DNA from: Puniceicoccaceae bacterium | Lineage (GTDB): Bacteria > Verrucomicrobiota > Verrucomicrobiia > Opitutales > Oceanipulchritudinaceae | Length of the DNA stretch: 27,337 nt | Assembly: GCA_040830765.1 (NCBI GenBank) | Contig: JBFOMH010000039.1 | Span: 1-27,337, forward strand | Reading direction: 5' to 3' | In this document: positions 1 to 8,234 of the stretch, in pieces | How the letters are laid out: each line of letters starts with the position of its first letter | Numbering within the stretch: position 1 is the first letter of the stretch | Notes under the pieces: generated by a model | Database searches by the model: none | Told to the model about the DNA's origin: nothing | What the model saw: the letters and a program-made list of their open reading frames with translations, nothing else | Program-made: the position numbers and the translations under genes

Positions 1-1190
1 GCTTTACCCTGGCCGTACCCTTCCTGGATGGGCTGGACGGGTTCATTGCCGGGCTGGGCAACACGGTGGGTGGATACTTGCCGGAGGGCCAACCGCAGAA
101 CCTGGTCGTCGACGGGATATTTGGTGGCGTCGGCGGGGTGGTGGTTTTTCTCCCGCAGATCCTTTTCCTGTTCTTCTTCATCGCCTTGCTGGAATCGACG
201 GGATACATGGCTCGGGCGGCCTTCATCCTGGACCGGGTGATGAGCAGTGTGGGCCTTCACGGACGATCCTTTATCCCGCTTCTCAGCTCCTACGCCTGTG
301 CCGTCCCGGGAATCATGGCTACCCGGACCATTGAGTCCCCGAAGGACCGGCTGGTGACCATTCTGGTCGCTCCCTTCATGACATGCGCAGCCCGCCTGCC
401 GGTTTACCTGGTAATGATTGCGGCGATGCTCCCGACTGGCCCCGGTCATGCCCTCAAGAAAAGCTTCATTCTCCTCATGCTGTATTTTCTAGGGACAGCG
501 GTGGCGCTGGGGTTTGCCTGGTTTTTCCGGAAGACGCTTCTCAAGGGTCCCAGCCTGTCCATGGTGATGGAGTTGCCGCCTTACCGCTTGCCTCGCTGGG
601 ACAGTATCCTTCACGAGATGCTGGACCGGGCCTGGGCCTTCCTCAAACGGGCGGGGACAATCATTTTCGCGCTCTCCATCGTGCTCTGGTTCCTGATGAA
701 CTACCCGCATCCCGAGGAGCCGTTGCCGGACGTTACCATCGCTTCGCTGGAGCAGGTCGAGGAACCGGTATCGAGTGTTGAAGACAGCTTTGCGGGCATG
801 CTTGGACGTGGGTTGGAACCGGCATTCGCTCCCCTTGGCTACGACTGGCAGATTACGGTGGGGATTCTCTCCTCCTTTGCCGCTCGTGAAGTCTTTGTCT
901 CCACGATGGCCATCATCTACCGGGTCGATGAGGAGGAAAGTGATTCCCTGGTCGCTGCTTTCCAGGAGGCCAGGCGCTCCAACGGTGAACCGCTTTTCAC
1001 ACCGCTGACCTGTCTCAGTATCCTTATCTTCTTCGTATTCGCCCTGCAATGTATTAGCACGGTGGCGGTTGTCCGGCGCGAGACCCAGACCTGGCGCTGG
1101 CCAATCTTCCAGTTCGCCTATATGTTTGCCTTCGCTTGGATTCTGTCATTTATTGTTTACCAGGGTGGACAGTTGCTGGGGTTCTCCTGA
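1..1190 (+). CDS. feoB: Ferrous iron transport protein B, C-terminal membrane part (5' truncated by window)
   Basis: The frame is open from base 3 (FTLAVPFLDGLDG...). FeoB gate/C-terminal motifs are present: GVGGVVVFLPQI, LESTGYMARAAF, GLHGRSFIPLL..CAVPGIMATRTI, MELPPYRLP, FAAREVFVSTM, CISTVAVVRRET. Confidence 0.96.
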   Translation, partial: FTLAVPFLDGLDGFIAGLGNTVGGYLPEGQPQNLVVDGIFGGVGGVVVFLPQILFLFFFIALLESTGYMARAAFILDRVMSSVGLHGRSFIPLLSSYACAVPGIMATRTIESPKDRLVTILVAPFMTCAARLPVYLVMIAAMLPTGPGHALKKSFILLMLYFLGTAVALGFAWFFRKTLLKGPSLSMVMELPPYRLPRWDSILHEMLDRAWAFLKRAGTIIFALSIVLWFLMNYPHPEEPLPDVTIASLEQVEEPVSSVEDSFAGMLGRGLEPAFAPLGYDWQITVGILSSFAAREVFVSTMAIIYRVDEEESDSLVAAFQEARRSNGEPLFTPLTCLSILIFFVFALQCISTVAVVRRETQTWRWPIFQFAYMFAFAWILSFIVYQGGQLLGFS

Positions 1191-1199
1191 TTTCAAGCC

Positions 1200-1385
1200 A
1201 TGCCGACTTCAATCGAACATTTGATCATCTACGGGATTGTCCTTCTAGTCCTGTTTTATCTCGGACGCCGCCTCTTCTGTTCCCTGAGGACGAGTGGCAA
1301 GTGCAGTGACAATTGTACCTGCGGCAAGGGAGAGATTCGCCGCGACCCGGTGATTACGAAGTATCTCGAGAAGACGAAGGATTAG
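1200..1385 (+). CDS. FeoB-associated Cys-rich small membrane protein
   Basis: 61 aa, 9 nt after the feoB stop. An N-terminal hydrophobic helix (LIIYGIVLLVLFYL) is followed by a Cys cluster (C..GKCSDNCTC), the usual architecture of this family. Confidence 0.8.
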   Translation: MPTSIEHLIIYGIVLLVLFYLGRRLFCSLRTSGKCSDNCTCGKGEIRRDPVITKYLEKTKD

Positions 1386-1390
1386 GGTCC

Positions 1391-2293
1391 TCAGATAGTG
1401 TCCTTGGCCTTATCGAGGGTTTTCTTCTCCTCCTCGGTCAGGGAGCCGAATCCCTTGGAGTTGATCTTGTCGAGGATGCGGTCGACTTCGGCCTTCATGG
1501 AAGGGGAGTTTCCGGTGTTGATGGAAAAGCGGTTGCCGGTCTCTTCCTTGGTTGCTTTGGCGCGCCGGGCCCATTTGGGTGCTTCCATGGTTGCCTTTCC
1601 TTCGGTCAGCCTGCGGAAGAAGGCGGACAGGGTGGATATGTGGAGCAGTTTCTTTTCATAGATGTAAGCGCCCAGCATGCCACCAAGATGGGCTGAATTA
1701 GCCGTTGAACTACTGGCGCCCGGGAGTTCGCCAAACAGGAAGAAGAATCCCTGGAAACCCAACAGCACCCAGAACAGCTGTTTACCAGTGAACTGGATGG
1801 GAATGAAAAGAAACGCCATCGGGCTGTTCCAACGAAAGCGGCAGAAGAGGTAGAGCGTGCCAAACACACCGGCTGAGGCCCCGACAACCGTTACCATCTG
1901 GCCGGTAAAGAAATGAACACAGGACCAGACGATTCCACCGCACAGGATGGAGAATAGAAAGAACTCTATGAACCGTTCAGAGCCGAAACGACTCTCAATT
2001 TCCTTGCCGAACCAGTAGAGCATGAGGCCATTGAAGACGAGGTGCCAGGGCAGGGCTCCAGCGGTCGAATGGAGGATGCCATAGGTCAGCAGGGTGTGGA
2101 TCCATCCACGGCTCAGTTGATACAGGTTGAGGGCGAAGTTGTGCTCGATGAAGCTGGTGCCAATCCAGTGCCGGGCGATGTTCTGGACGAGGAAAACCGC
2201 AACCAAAGTTATGAGAATGGTCTTCAGCGCCCATTCGCGGCGTTGGAAGTCGGCTGGATCCCGACGCATGTAGCTGCGGCTGTAAATGCTCAT
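1391..2293 (-). CDS. Rhomboid family intramembrane serine protease with C-terminal DUF6576-like domain
   Basis: Motifs HLVFN, catalytic GASAG and AHLGG. The C-terminal segment is EVDRILDKINSKGFGSLTEEEKKTL. Confidence 0.92.
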   Translation of the reverse strand: MSIYSRSYMRRDPADFQRREWALKTILITLVAVFLVQNIARHWIGTSFIEHNFALNLYQLSRGWIHTLLTYGILHSTAGALPWHLVFNGLMLYWFGKEIESRFGSERFIEFFLFSILCGGIVWSCVHFFTGQMVTVVGASAGVFGTLYLFCRFRWNSPMAFLFIPIQFTGKQLFWVLLGFQGFFFLFGELPGASSSTANSAHLGGMLGAYIYEKKLLHISTLSAFFRRLTEGKATMEAPKWARRAKATKEETGNRFSINTGNSPSMKAEVDRILDKINSKGFGSLTEEEKKTLDKAKDTI

Positions 2294-2402
2294 AAGCGAC
2301 TCGACATATGAATCCCTATCCCATTCCGGAGCAAGCCATTCATCGACTTTCCTCGCGGATGTCCTTGACAGAAGGGTAATTGTTCAAAGGAATTTCCGCA
2401 CT

Positions 2403-2639
2403 ATGGCAGAAAAAGACGAAAAGTGGCCCGAGAACGTTGCCGGCAAGTTTTATGTCGATGAACAATGCATCGACTGCGATCTCTGCCGGGAGACGGCTCC
2501 CGACTTTTTTACGCGTAACGAGGACGGCGGATATTCCTTCGTCCACGCACAGCCGGAATCGGATGAGGACATCGAGGCCTGCATGGAAGCCCTCGAAGGC
2601 TGCCCGGTGGAAGCGATCGGCGACGATGGCGACGAATAA
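2403..2639 (+). CDS. Single-cluster [4Fe-4S]/[3Fe-4S] ferredoxin
   Basis: 78 aa acidic protein from ATG 2403 (MAEKDEKWPENVAGKFYVD) with CIDCDLC...CPVEAI. The ORF-track extension to 2286 overlaps the rhomboid start and is unlikely. Confidence 0.93.
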   Translation: MAEKDEKWPENVAGKFYVDEQCIDCDLCRETAPDFFTRNEDGGYSFVHAQPESDEDIEACMEALEGCPVEAIGDDGDE

Positions 2640-2667
2640 TCCGGTTCGTCTTTAAGTGAACACTTTT

Positions 2668-2698
2668 AAAGCGGGTGGCTATGGCCTCCCGCTTTTTT
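2668..2698 (+). terminator. Rho-independent terminator after ferredoxin (possibly bidirectional)
   Basis: Hairpin AAAGCGGG-t-GGC-tatg-GCC-t-CCCGCTTT followed by further Ts. It lies between convergent genes. Confidence 0.8.
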
Positions 2699-2703
2699 CA
2701 TGC

Positions 2704-3162
2704 CTAGCGGGCGATATCGCCGCGATCGAGGCACCGGATTTGGCGGGCGTGTAGGACGGCCGCCGCAAACTCATTGTCCTCCACGTTCATGGCGATGGCA
2801 TAGCGCCCCTGGGGCCGGGTGATGAAGGGATAGAGGTAGTGGATATTGACCTCCGCTTCCACCAGGGCCGCCGTGACGAACTTGAGGTCGGCTTCCGAAT
2901 CGATTTCCACCGCCAGGATGGGGCTCTCGGAAAAGGCGTAGCGCCATTCCTTGAGCAAGGCGCGGGCCGGCTCCGGATAGTCCGGAATGAAGCGCATGAT
3001 GGTACACTCGGTGGAATCCAATTGGGAGAGGGCCATGATATGCACATCTTTCTGGGCAAAGCGTTGGATGAGCTCATTGAGCCGGCCGACCTTGTTATCC
3101 GCAAAGACGGAAAACTGCAGGACGGGCTCCCTTTCCCTCGACTGGATGGTATCGGATTCCAT
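2704..3162 (-). CDS. Tandem ACT-domain amino-acid-binding protein
   Basis: 152 aa with two ACT-like repeats: QFSVFADNKVGRL..HIMALS and LAVEI..ALVEAEVNIHYLYPF. Confidence 0.85.
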   Translation of the reverse strand: MESDTIQSREREPVLQFSVFADNKVGRLNELIQRFAQKDVHIMALSQLDSTECTIMRFIPDYPEPARALLKEWRYAFSESPILAVEIDSEADLKFVTAALVEAEVNIHYLYPFITRPQGRYAIAMNVEDNEFAAAVLHARQIRCLDRGDIAR

Positions 3163-3176
3163 CTGGTAAGAGGGGC

Positions 3177-3205
3177 AGCTTGGAGGATTCCTTTCTTTCT
3201 GGCAA
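3177..3205 (-). promoter_or_regulatory. Putative sigma70 promoter of the ACT gene
   Basis: Minus strand TTGCCA-17 nt-CAAGCT, ending 14 nt before the ATG. Confidence 0.5.
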
Positions 3206-3259
3206 ATCCATTTACCACAAGGATTTAGGCGATTTTTGACCGAGAATTCCCTTGTGTGG

Positions 3260-3289
3260 TTGACGAATGCCGCTTTCCTGAGACAGCTT
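3260..3289 (+). promoter_or_regulatory. Putative sigma70 promoter of leuCD-exbBD
   Basis: TTGACG-18 nt-CAGCTT, ending 25 nt upstream of the leuC ATG. Confidence 0.45.
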
Positions 3290-3314
3290 ATCTCGAATTC
3301 ACAGCACGATAATC

Positions 3315-4742
3315 ATGGGAAAGAGCCTTTTTGAAAAAGTCTGGGACGCACATGCCGTTCGCGAGCTGCCCAACGGGCAGACGCAGTTGCTCATCGGGAC
3401 GCACCTCATTCACGAGGTGACCAGCCCGCAGGCCTTCGGTATGCTCCGGGAACGCGGCATTCCGGTAAAGTATCCGGAACGCACCTTCGCCACGGTGGAC
3501 CACATTGTCCCCACCAATGAAATCCAGGAACCCTACAGCGATCCCCTGGCCCAGGCCATGATCGAGGAATTGCGGAAGAATTGTGCCGAGTATGGCGTGA
3601 CCTTCTTTGACACCAACACCGGGAAGCAGGGCATTGTTCACATTGTCGGCCCGGAGCAGGGCATCACCCAGCCGGGGACAACGATTGCCTGCGGTGACTC
3701 GCATACTTCGACCCACGGGGCCTTTGGAGCCATTGCCTTCGGGATCGGGACCAGCCAGGTACGCGATGTCCTGGCCACCCAGACCATGGCCCTGAACAAG
3801 CTCAAGGTCCGGCGCATCAACGTCGATGGCCAGCTTACTCCCGGCGTCTATGCCAAGGACGTCATCCTGCACATCATCCGGACCCTCGGGGTCAATGGTG
3901 GAACCGGATACGCCTACGAGTACGCTGGTGAGGTCTTCGATAACTTCACCATGGAGGAACGGATGACGGTCTGCAACATGTCCATCGAGGGCGGCGCCCG
4001 GGTGGGATACGTCAATCCGGACGAGACGACATTCGCCTATCTCGAGGGCCGTCCCCACGCCCCCAAGGGTGCTGACTGGGATGCGGCGGTCGAGCGCTGG
4101 CGCAGCTTTGCCTCGGATGTGGACTGTAGCTATGACGACGTGGTCAACATCCGGGCCGAGGACATCGCGCCGACGGTTACCTGGGGTATTAATCCGGGCC
4201 AAGGCGTTTTCATCGACCAGTCCATCCCCGAGGTCGAGGATGGTCAAACCGCCAGCGAGCGGGCCAGCATTGAGGAAGCCCTTGAGCACATGAAGTTTGC
4301 CGGTGGTACGCCCATCAAGGGGATCAAGATTGACGTCGCTTTCCTTGGTTCCTGCACCAATGGACGCTTGAGCGACCTACAGGAGGTGGCGCAGTACTTG
4401 GCCGGCCGCAAGGTCAAGGAAGGGATCAAGGCCATCTGTGTCCCGGGTAGCCAGGTGGTTGCCCGTATCGCTGAAGAAAAGGGACTGGACAAGGTCTTCA
4501 AGGAGGCCGGTTTCGAATGGCGCAATGCCGGGTGCTCCATGTGCCTCGCCATGAATCCCGACAAACTGGTTGGTGACCAGCTTTGTGCCAGCTCCAGCAA
4601 CCGCAATTTCAAGGGTCGCCAGGGCAGTGTCACGGGCCGGACGCTTCTCATGAGCCCGCTCATGGTGGCAGCCGCCGCCGTGACCGGGGAAGTCTCCGAC
4701 GCCCGGGAAGTTTTCGGAATTCTTGAACCCGCCGCCGTCTAG
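3315..4742 (+). CDS. leuC: 3-isopropylmalate dehydratase large subunit
   Basis: Aconitase-family motifs [40 protein letters not shown] and [10 protein letters not shown]. Confidence 0.98.
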   Translation: MGKSLFEKVWDAHAVRELPNGQTQLLIGTHLIHEVTSPQAFGMLRERGIPVKYPERTFATVDHIVPTNEIQEPYSDPLAQAMIEELRKNCAEYGVTFFDTNTGKQGIVHIVGPEQGITQPGTTIACGDSHTSTHGAFGAIAFGIGTSQVRDVLATQTMALNKLKVRRINVDGQLTPGVYAKDVILHIIRTLGVNGGTGYAYEYAGEVFDNFTMEERMTVCNMSIEGGARVGYVNPDETTFAYLEGRPHAPKGADWDAAVERWRSFASDVDCSYDDVVNIRAEDIAPTVTWGINPGQGVFIDQSIPEVEDGQTASERASIEEALEHMKFAGGTPIKGIKIDVAFLGSCTNGRLSDLQEVAQYLAGRKVKEGIKAICVPGSQVVARIAEEKGLDKVFKEAGFEWRNAGCSMCLAMNPDKLVGDQLCASSSNRNFKGRQGSVTGRTLLMSPLMVAAAAVTGEVSDAREVFGILEPAAV

Positions 4743-4764
4743 GGGGTCAAAACTGGATAACATT

Positions 4765-5370
4765 ATGGGATTGCCAAAAATCACAGAAGTGACCGGACGG
4801 GGTGTGCCCGTGCCGGGAGACGACATCGACACCGACCGGATCATCCCGGCGCGCTTCATGAAGTGCGTCACCTTTGACGGGTTGGGGGAGTATGTCTTTT
4901 ATGACGTGCGCAAGAACGAGGATGGGACCGAGCGTTCCCACCCGCTCAATGAGGAGCGTTACGCCGGTGCCTCGATCTTGATCAGCGGTAACAATTTCGG
5001 TTGCGGTAGCAGCCGGGAACATGCCCCGCAGGCGATCTACCGGGCCGGCTTCCGGGCGGTCATTGCCGAGGGATTCGCCGAGATTTTCTTTGGGAACTCG
5101 ACACAACTGGGTATGCCTTGTGTGTCCGTCAGTAGTGATGATGCCGCTACAATCCGCGCCGCCGTGGAAGCGGATTCGGAAATTGAAATCAGTATCAATC
5201 TCAACGACAAGACGGTGTGCTTTGGCGAGCAGTCCGTGTCCTGCGAAATTCGTGAAGGTGCCCGCAGCGCGCTCATCAACGGCAAGTGGGATCCCATCCA
5301 GGACCTACTCGACGGAGCGGGCGAAGTCGAACAGGTAGCCGCCAGCCTTCCTTACATGGCCGGCAAATAG
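4765..5370 (+). CDS. leuD: 3-isopropylmalate dehydratase small subunit
   Basis: Motifs DIDTDRIIPARF, NFGCGSSREHAPQA and FAEIFFGN. ATG 4765 lies 22 nt after the leuC stop. Confidence 0.97.
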   Translation: MGLPKITEVTGRGVPVPGDDIDTDRIIPARFMKCVTFDGLGEYVFYDVRKNEDGTERSHPLNEERYAGASILISGNNFGCGSSREHAPQAIYRAGFRAVIAEGFAEIFFGNSTQLGMPCVSVSSDDAATIRAAVEADSEIEISINLNDKTVCFGEQSVSCEIREGARSALINGKWDPIQDLLDGAGEVEQVAASLPYMAGK

Positions 5371-5382
5371 GAGACATTTTAA

Positions 5383-5961
5383 ATGCAGGAACTGATCCAG
5401 AACGCGGGCGTATTTGCCTGGCCACTCGGACTTTGCTCGATTCTGGCAACAGTCATAATCCTTGAGCGCCTTTTTGCCCTCCGCCGCAGCTCGATTATTC
5501 CCCGTCGGTACGAGATTGCCTTCAGCGAGGGATCCATCCCCAAGGAAGGGGATCCGGATTCCGTGGCCGGTCGCATTATTGACATCTTCCACGACCGGAA
5601 GCTCGATGCGGAGCAGTTAAAGGCCTATACCCGCCTTCAGGTGACCCGGATGGAGCGGGGGCTCTTCATTCTGGAAATTGTGGTCAGTGCAGCCCCCCTG
5701 TTGGGATTGCTGGGTACTGTGACGGGTCTGGTGACCGTTTTTAGCCAGATCAGCCCGGAAACCGGCATGCCCGATCCGGCTTCCTTTGTCGAGGGGGTTT
5801 CCATGGCCCTGACGACAACTATCCTCGGCCTTTCCATCGCCATTCCGGCCCTTGCCTTCAACAGCTATCTCAACCGCCGGGTGGATACCTATGAAGCGCA
5901 ACTTGAGGTTGGCGTGGAGCGCTTGATTGGCTCCATGAAGGATTCCACCAAAGCCGAATGA
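5383..5961 (+). CDS. exbB: MotA/TolQ/ExbB proton channel family protein
   Basis: Motifs APLLGLLGTVTG and G.SMALTTTILGL.IAIPA. RBS GGAG overlaps the leuD stop. Confidence 0.9.
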   Translation: MQELIQNAGVFAWPLGLCSILATVIILERLFALRRSSIIPRRYEIAFSEGSIPKEGDPDSVAGRIIDIFHDRKLDAEQLKAYTRLQVTRMERGLFILEIVVSAAPLLGLLGTVTGLVTVFSQISPETGMPDPASFVEGVSMALTTTILGLSIAIPALAFNSYLNRRVDTYEAQLEVGVERLIGSMKDSTKAE

Positions 5962-6356
5962 GCGTCATCCCCAAGCGCCGCCGCCGCAAGGCGGAGATCA
6001 ATATCGTCCCGCTGGTCGATGTCCTGGTGGTGCTGATCTTCTTTTTCCTGGTCTCGATGCAGTTCCGCAACCTGACCCTGCTCAACCTTACCTTGCCCAA
6101 GATTGAGTCAGCTGGTCGTGAGGAGCCGACCAACAGCCTGCAGATCGGCGTTGATACAGAGGGCCAGTACTACCTCAACGGCCATCCCATCTCGGAGGAG
6201 GACCTTGTCAGCGAGATTGGGACGGTCTCGGAGCTTAGCCCGGATACGCCTGTCATTATCATGGCGGATGAGAACAGTCTCCTGCACAAGGTGACCTTTG
6301 TCATGGATTCCTGCCGCAAAGCCGGCTTGGACAAGGTCCGGCTGCAGGCCCGCTAA
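5958..6356 (+). CDS. exbD: Biopolymer transporter ExbD/TolR
   Basis: EINIVPLVDVLVVLIFFFLV carries the conserved TM Asp, followed by a periplasmic VIIMAD...VMD motif. ATGA overlap with exbB. Confidence 0.92.
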   Translation: MSVIPKRRRRKAEINIVPLVDVLVVLIFFFLVSMQFRNLTLLNLTLPKIESAGREEPTNSLQIGVDTEGQYYLNGHPISEEDLVSEIGTVSELSPDTPVIIMADENSLLHKVTFVMDSCRKAGLDKVRLQAR

Positions 6357-6387
6357 TGATACCGTAATCCACCCCTGAGGCAAAGGC

Positions 6388-6416
6388 TCGACAGCGGAAA
6401 GGGGGGATTCTAGCTT
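6388..6416 (+). promoter_or_regulatory. Putative sigma70 promoter of the prsW-kinase pair (possibly leaderless)
   Basis: TCGACA-17 nt-TAGCTT, then 6 nt, then GTG 6423. Confidence 0.55.
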
Positions 6417-6422
6417 ATCAGC

Positions 6423-7130
6423 GTGTTAATGGCCGTTGCAGACCCCGCCGCCCTGTGGGCATTGCTCTTGATTCCCTGCTTCTTCTGGGGAGGTTATCAC
6501 TATTACAAGGACCGTCACCAGCCGGAGCCGATTGGCATGCTCGTTCTCGCAGTTGTCCTTGGTTTTATCTCCGCCTACATCGGGATCATCTTCTACATCC
6601 TGCTAGCCAATGCTGGGGTCGACCACGATCCCTTCGGGCTCGCGGAGACGTCCATTTCCGGGCTTTTCTGGTACACGGTCCTGGTCATTGGTCCGGTGGA
6701 GGAATTCGCCAAGTTCATCCCCTTTGCCCTGATCCTGACACGGATGAAACACTTCGACGAGGAAGTCGACGGCATCATCTATGCCGCCTTTGTCGGATTG
6801 GGTTTCGCCCTTAATGAGAACATTTACTACCTGAGCATGCTCGAAGGCGGGCAGGCAGTCGCGCGCTCCCTGATTTCCCCCATTATCCATGCCCTTTTTG
6901 CTTCCATCTGGGGCTACACCTATGGATTTGCCGGTCGATACAAGTTGCCGGCACCTGTTGTCATCCTGCTCGGCCTGCTGCTCTCTTCCTTTGTGCATGG
7001 TGTCTATGACTTTTATGTCTTTGCCGTTTCGGTCTATGGATCGCTGGCCGCCCCATTGATTGTCCTCATCATCTGGATCTGGCGCATGCGTTTCCTGAGA
7101 GATCATCACAAGAAGTTGTCGGAAAAGTGA
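6423..7130 (+). CDS. PrsW family intramembrane glutamic protease
   Basis: Motifs KDRHQPEP, EEFAK (EExxK), GFALNENIYY, HALF and HGVYD, with multiple TM helices. The start is GTG 6423 or ATG 6429. Confidence 0.9.
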   Translation: MLMAVADPAALWALLLIPCFFWGGYHYYKDRHQPEPIGMLVLAVVLGFISAYIGIIFYILLANAGVDHDPFGLAETSISGLFWYTVLVIGPVEEFAKFIPFALILTRMKHFDEEVDGIIYAAFVGLGFALNENIYYLSMLEGGQAVARSLISPIIHALFASIWGYTYGFAGRYKLPAPVVILLGLLLSSFVHGVYDFYVFAVSVYGSLAAPLIVLIIWIWRMRFLRDHHKKLSEK

Positions 7131-8224
7131 GCACCCTGCCTGCAGAAGTCCTGGTTGGTTTTTCCTGCCGGGGAACGTTCCTGGAAGCCTCCCGCATTGG
7201 CAGCGGTCACATCAATGAGACCTACCTCGCCTCGTATGTGAATCAGGAGCGCGTACAACGGTATGTCCACCAACGGATCAATGATCAGGTCTTCAAGGAT
7301 GTACCAATCTTGATGCAGAATATTGGGCTTGTAACGCGTCACCTTGGAAAGCGGATGGCGGATGAAGGGTGCGAGGATATCAACCGCCGGGCCCTGCAAC
7401 TGGTCCCCACAAAGGACGGCAAGGACTATCTGACGGACGAATCCGGCAAGTGTTGGCGGACTTTCACTTATTTGGAGAATGCCCGTTCCATTGATGTGGT
7501 AGAGTCCCCTCAGCAGGCGGCAGAAGTGGCCCGTGCTTTTGGCCAGTTCCAGTCACTTTTAGCGGACATCCCTGAACGCCTTCAGGAAACGATTCCTGGA
7601 TTCCATGATACCCGAGCGCGATTCAACAGCCTCATGGATGCCGTGGACAGGGACCCGTTGAACCGGGCAACCGGAGCCAGTGAGATGATCGCTTTTGCAA
7701 GGGATCGCGAACCGATTGTCGGCAGCGTTGTCGACCTCCTCGCTTCCGGGGAACTTCCCGAAAGGGTCATTCACAACGACACCAAGCCAAACAACGTGCT
7801 TTTTGATGCTTCATGTGACGAGGCTCTCTGTGTGGTCGACTTGGATACGGTCATGCCAGGCACGGTGCTTTATGATTTCGGCGACATGGTCCGGTCGACG
7901 GCTTGTGCTGTCGCGGAGGATACGGATGACTTGGCGCAGGTTGACCTGGATCTGCAGCTTTATGAGAATCTAGTCCGGGGCTATCTGGAGACGGCAGGTG
8001 ACTTCCTGACCCGCCAGGAAAAGTCACTCCTGACGTTTTCCGGCCGCCTGATCGCCCTTGAGCTAGGCATGCGTTTCCTGAAGGACCACCTTTCCGGTGA
8101 CAGCTACTTCAAGGCTGGGTATGAAGGGCAGAATCTCTTTCGCTGCAGAAGGCAATTCGCCATGGCTGCCGCCATAGAGCGAAAGGAGTCTGCCATGGAA
8201 AACGTGGTCAATCGGTACACTTGA
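7127..8224 (+). CDS. Aminoglycoside-phosphotransferase-fold kinase, N-acetylhexosamine 1-kinase/MdsC-like
   Basis: Motifs GSGHINETY, QRIN..VF, ETIPGFHDT, HNDTKPNNVL (HxDxxxxN), DLDTVMPG and YDFGDMVRS. GTGA overlap with the prsW gene. Confidence 0.85.
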   Translation: MSTLPAEVLVGFSCRGTFLEASRIGSGHINETYLASYVNQERVQRYVHQRINDQVFKDVPILMQNIGLVTRHLGKRMADEGCEDINRRALQLVPTKDGKDYLTDESGKCWRTFTYLENARSIDVVESPQQAAEVARAFGQFQSLLADIPERLQETIPGFHDTRARFNSLMDAVDRDPLNRATGASEMIAFARDREPIVGSVVDLLASGELPERVIHNDTKPNNVLFDASCDEALCVVDLDTVMPGTVLYDFGDMVRSTACAVAEDTDDLAQVDLDLQLYENLVRGYLETAGDFLTRQEKSLLTFSGRLIALELGMRFLKDHLSGDSYFKAGYEGQNLFRCRRQFAMAAAIERKESAMENVVNRYT

Positions 8225-8234
8225 AGATGGGAAC

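Noticed and set aside
2365..2393. Perfect TTGACA upstream of the ferredoxin
   Set aside because: There is no convincing -10 hexamer at 16-18 nt spacing, so it was not called as a promoter.
3288..4289. 333-aa minus-strand ORF
   Set aside because: It is an antisense shadow of leuC caused by high-GC codon bias and has no recognisable motifs.
6357..6422. Possible genomic-island boundary between housekeeping and accessory genes
   Set aside because: No integrase, tRNA, att-like direct repeat or IS end is visible. A compositional shift could not be quantified by eye.
7127..8224. Antibiotic-resistance aminoglycoside phosphotransferase
   Set aside because: The length and motifs (GHINETY, HNDTK, DLDTVMPG) fit the sugar-kinase NahK/MdsC branch rather than resistance APHs.
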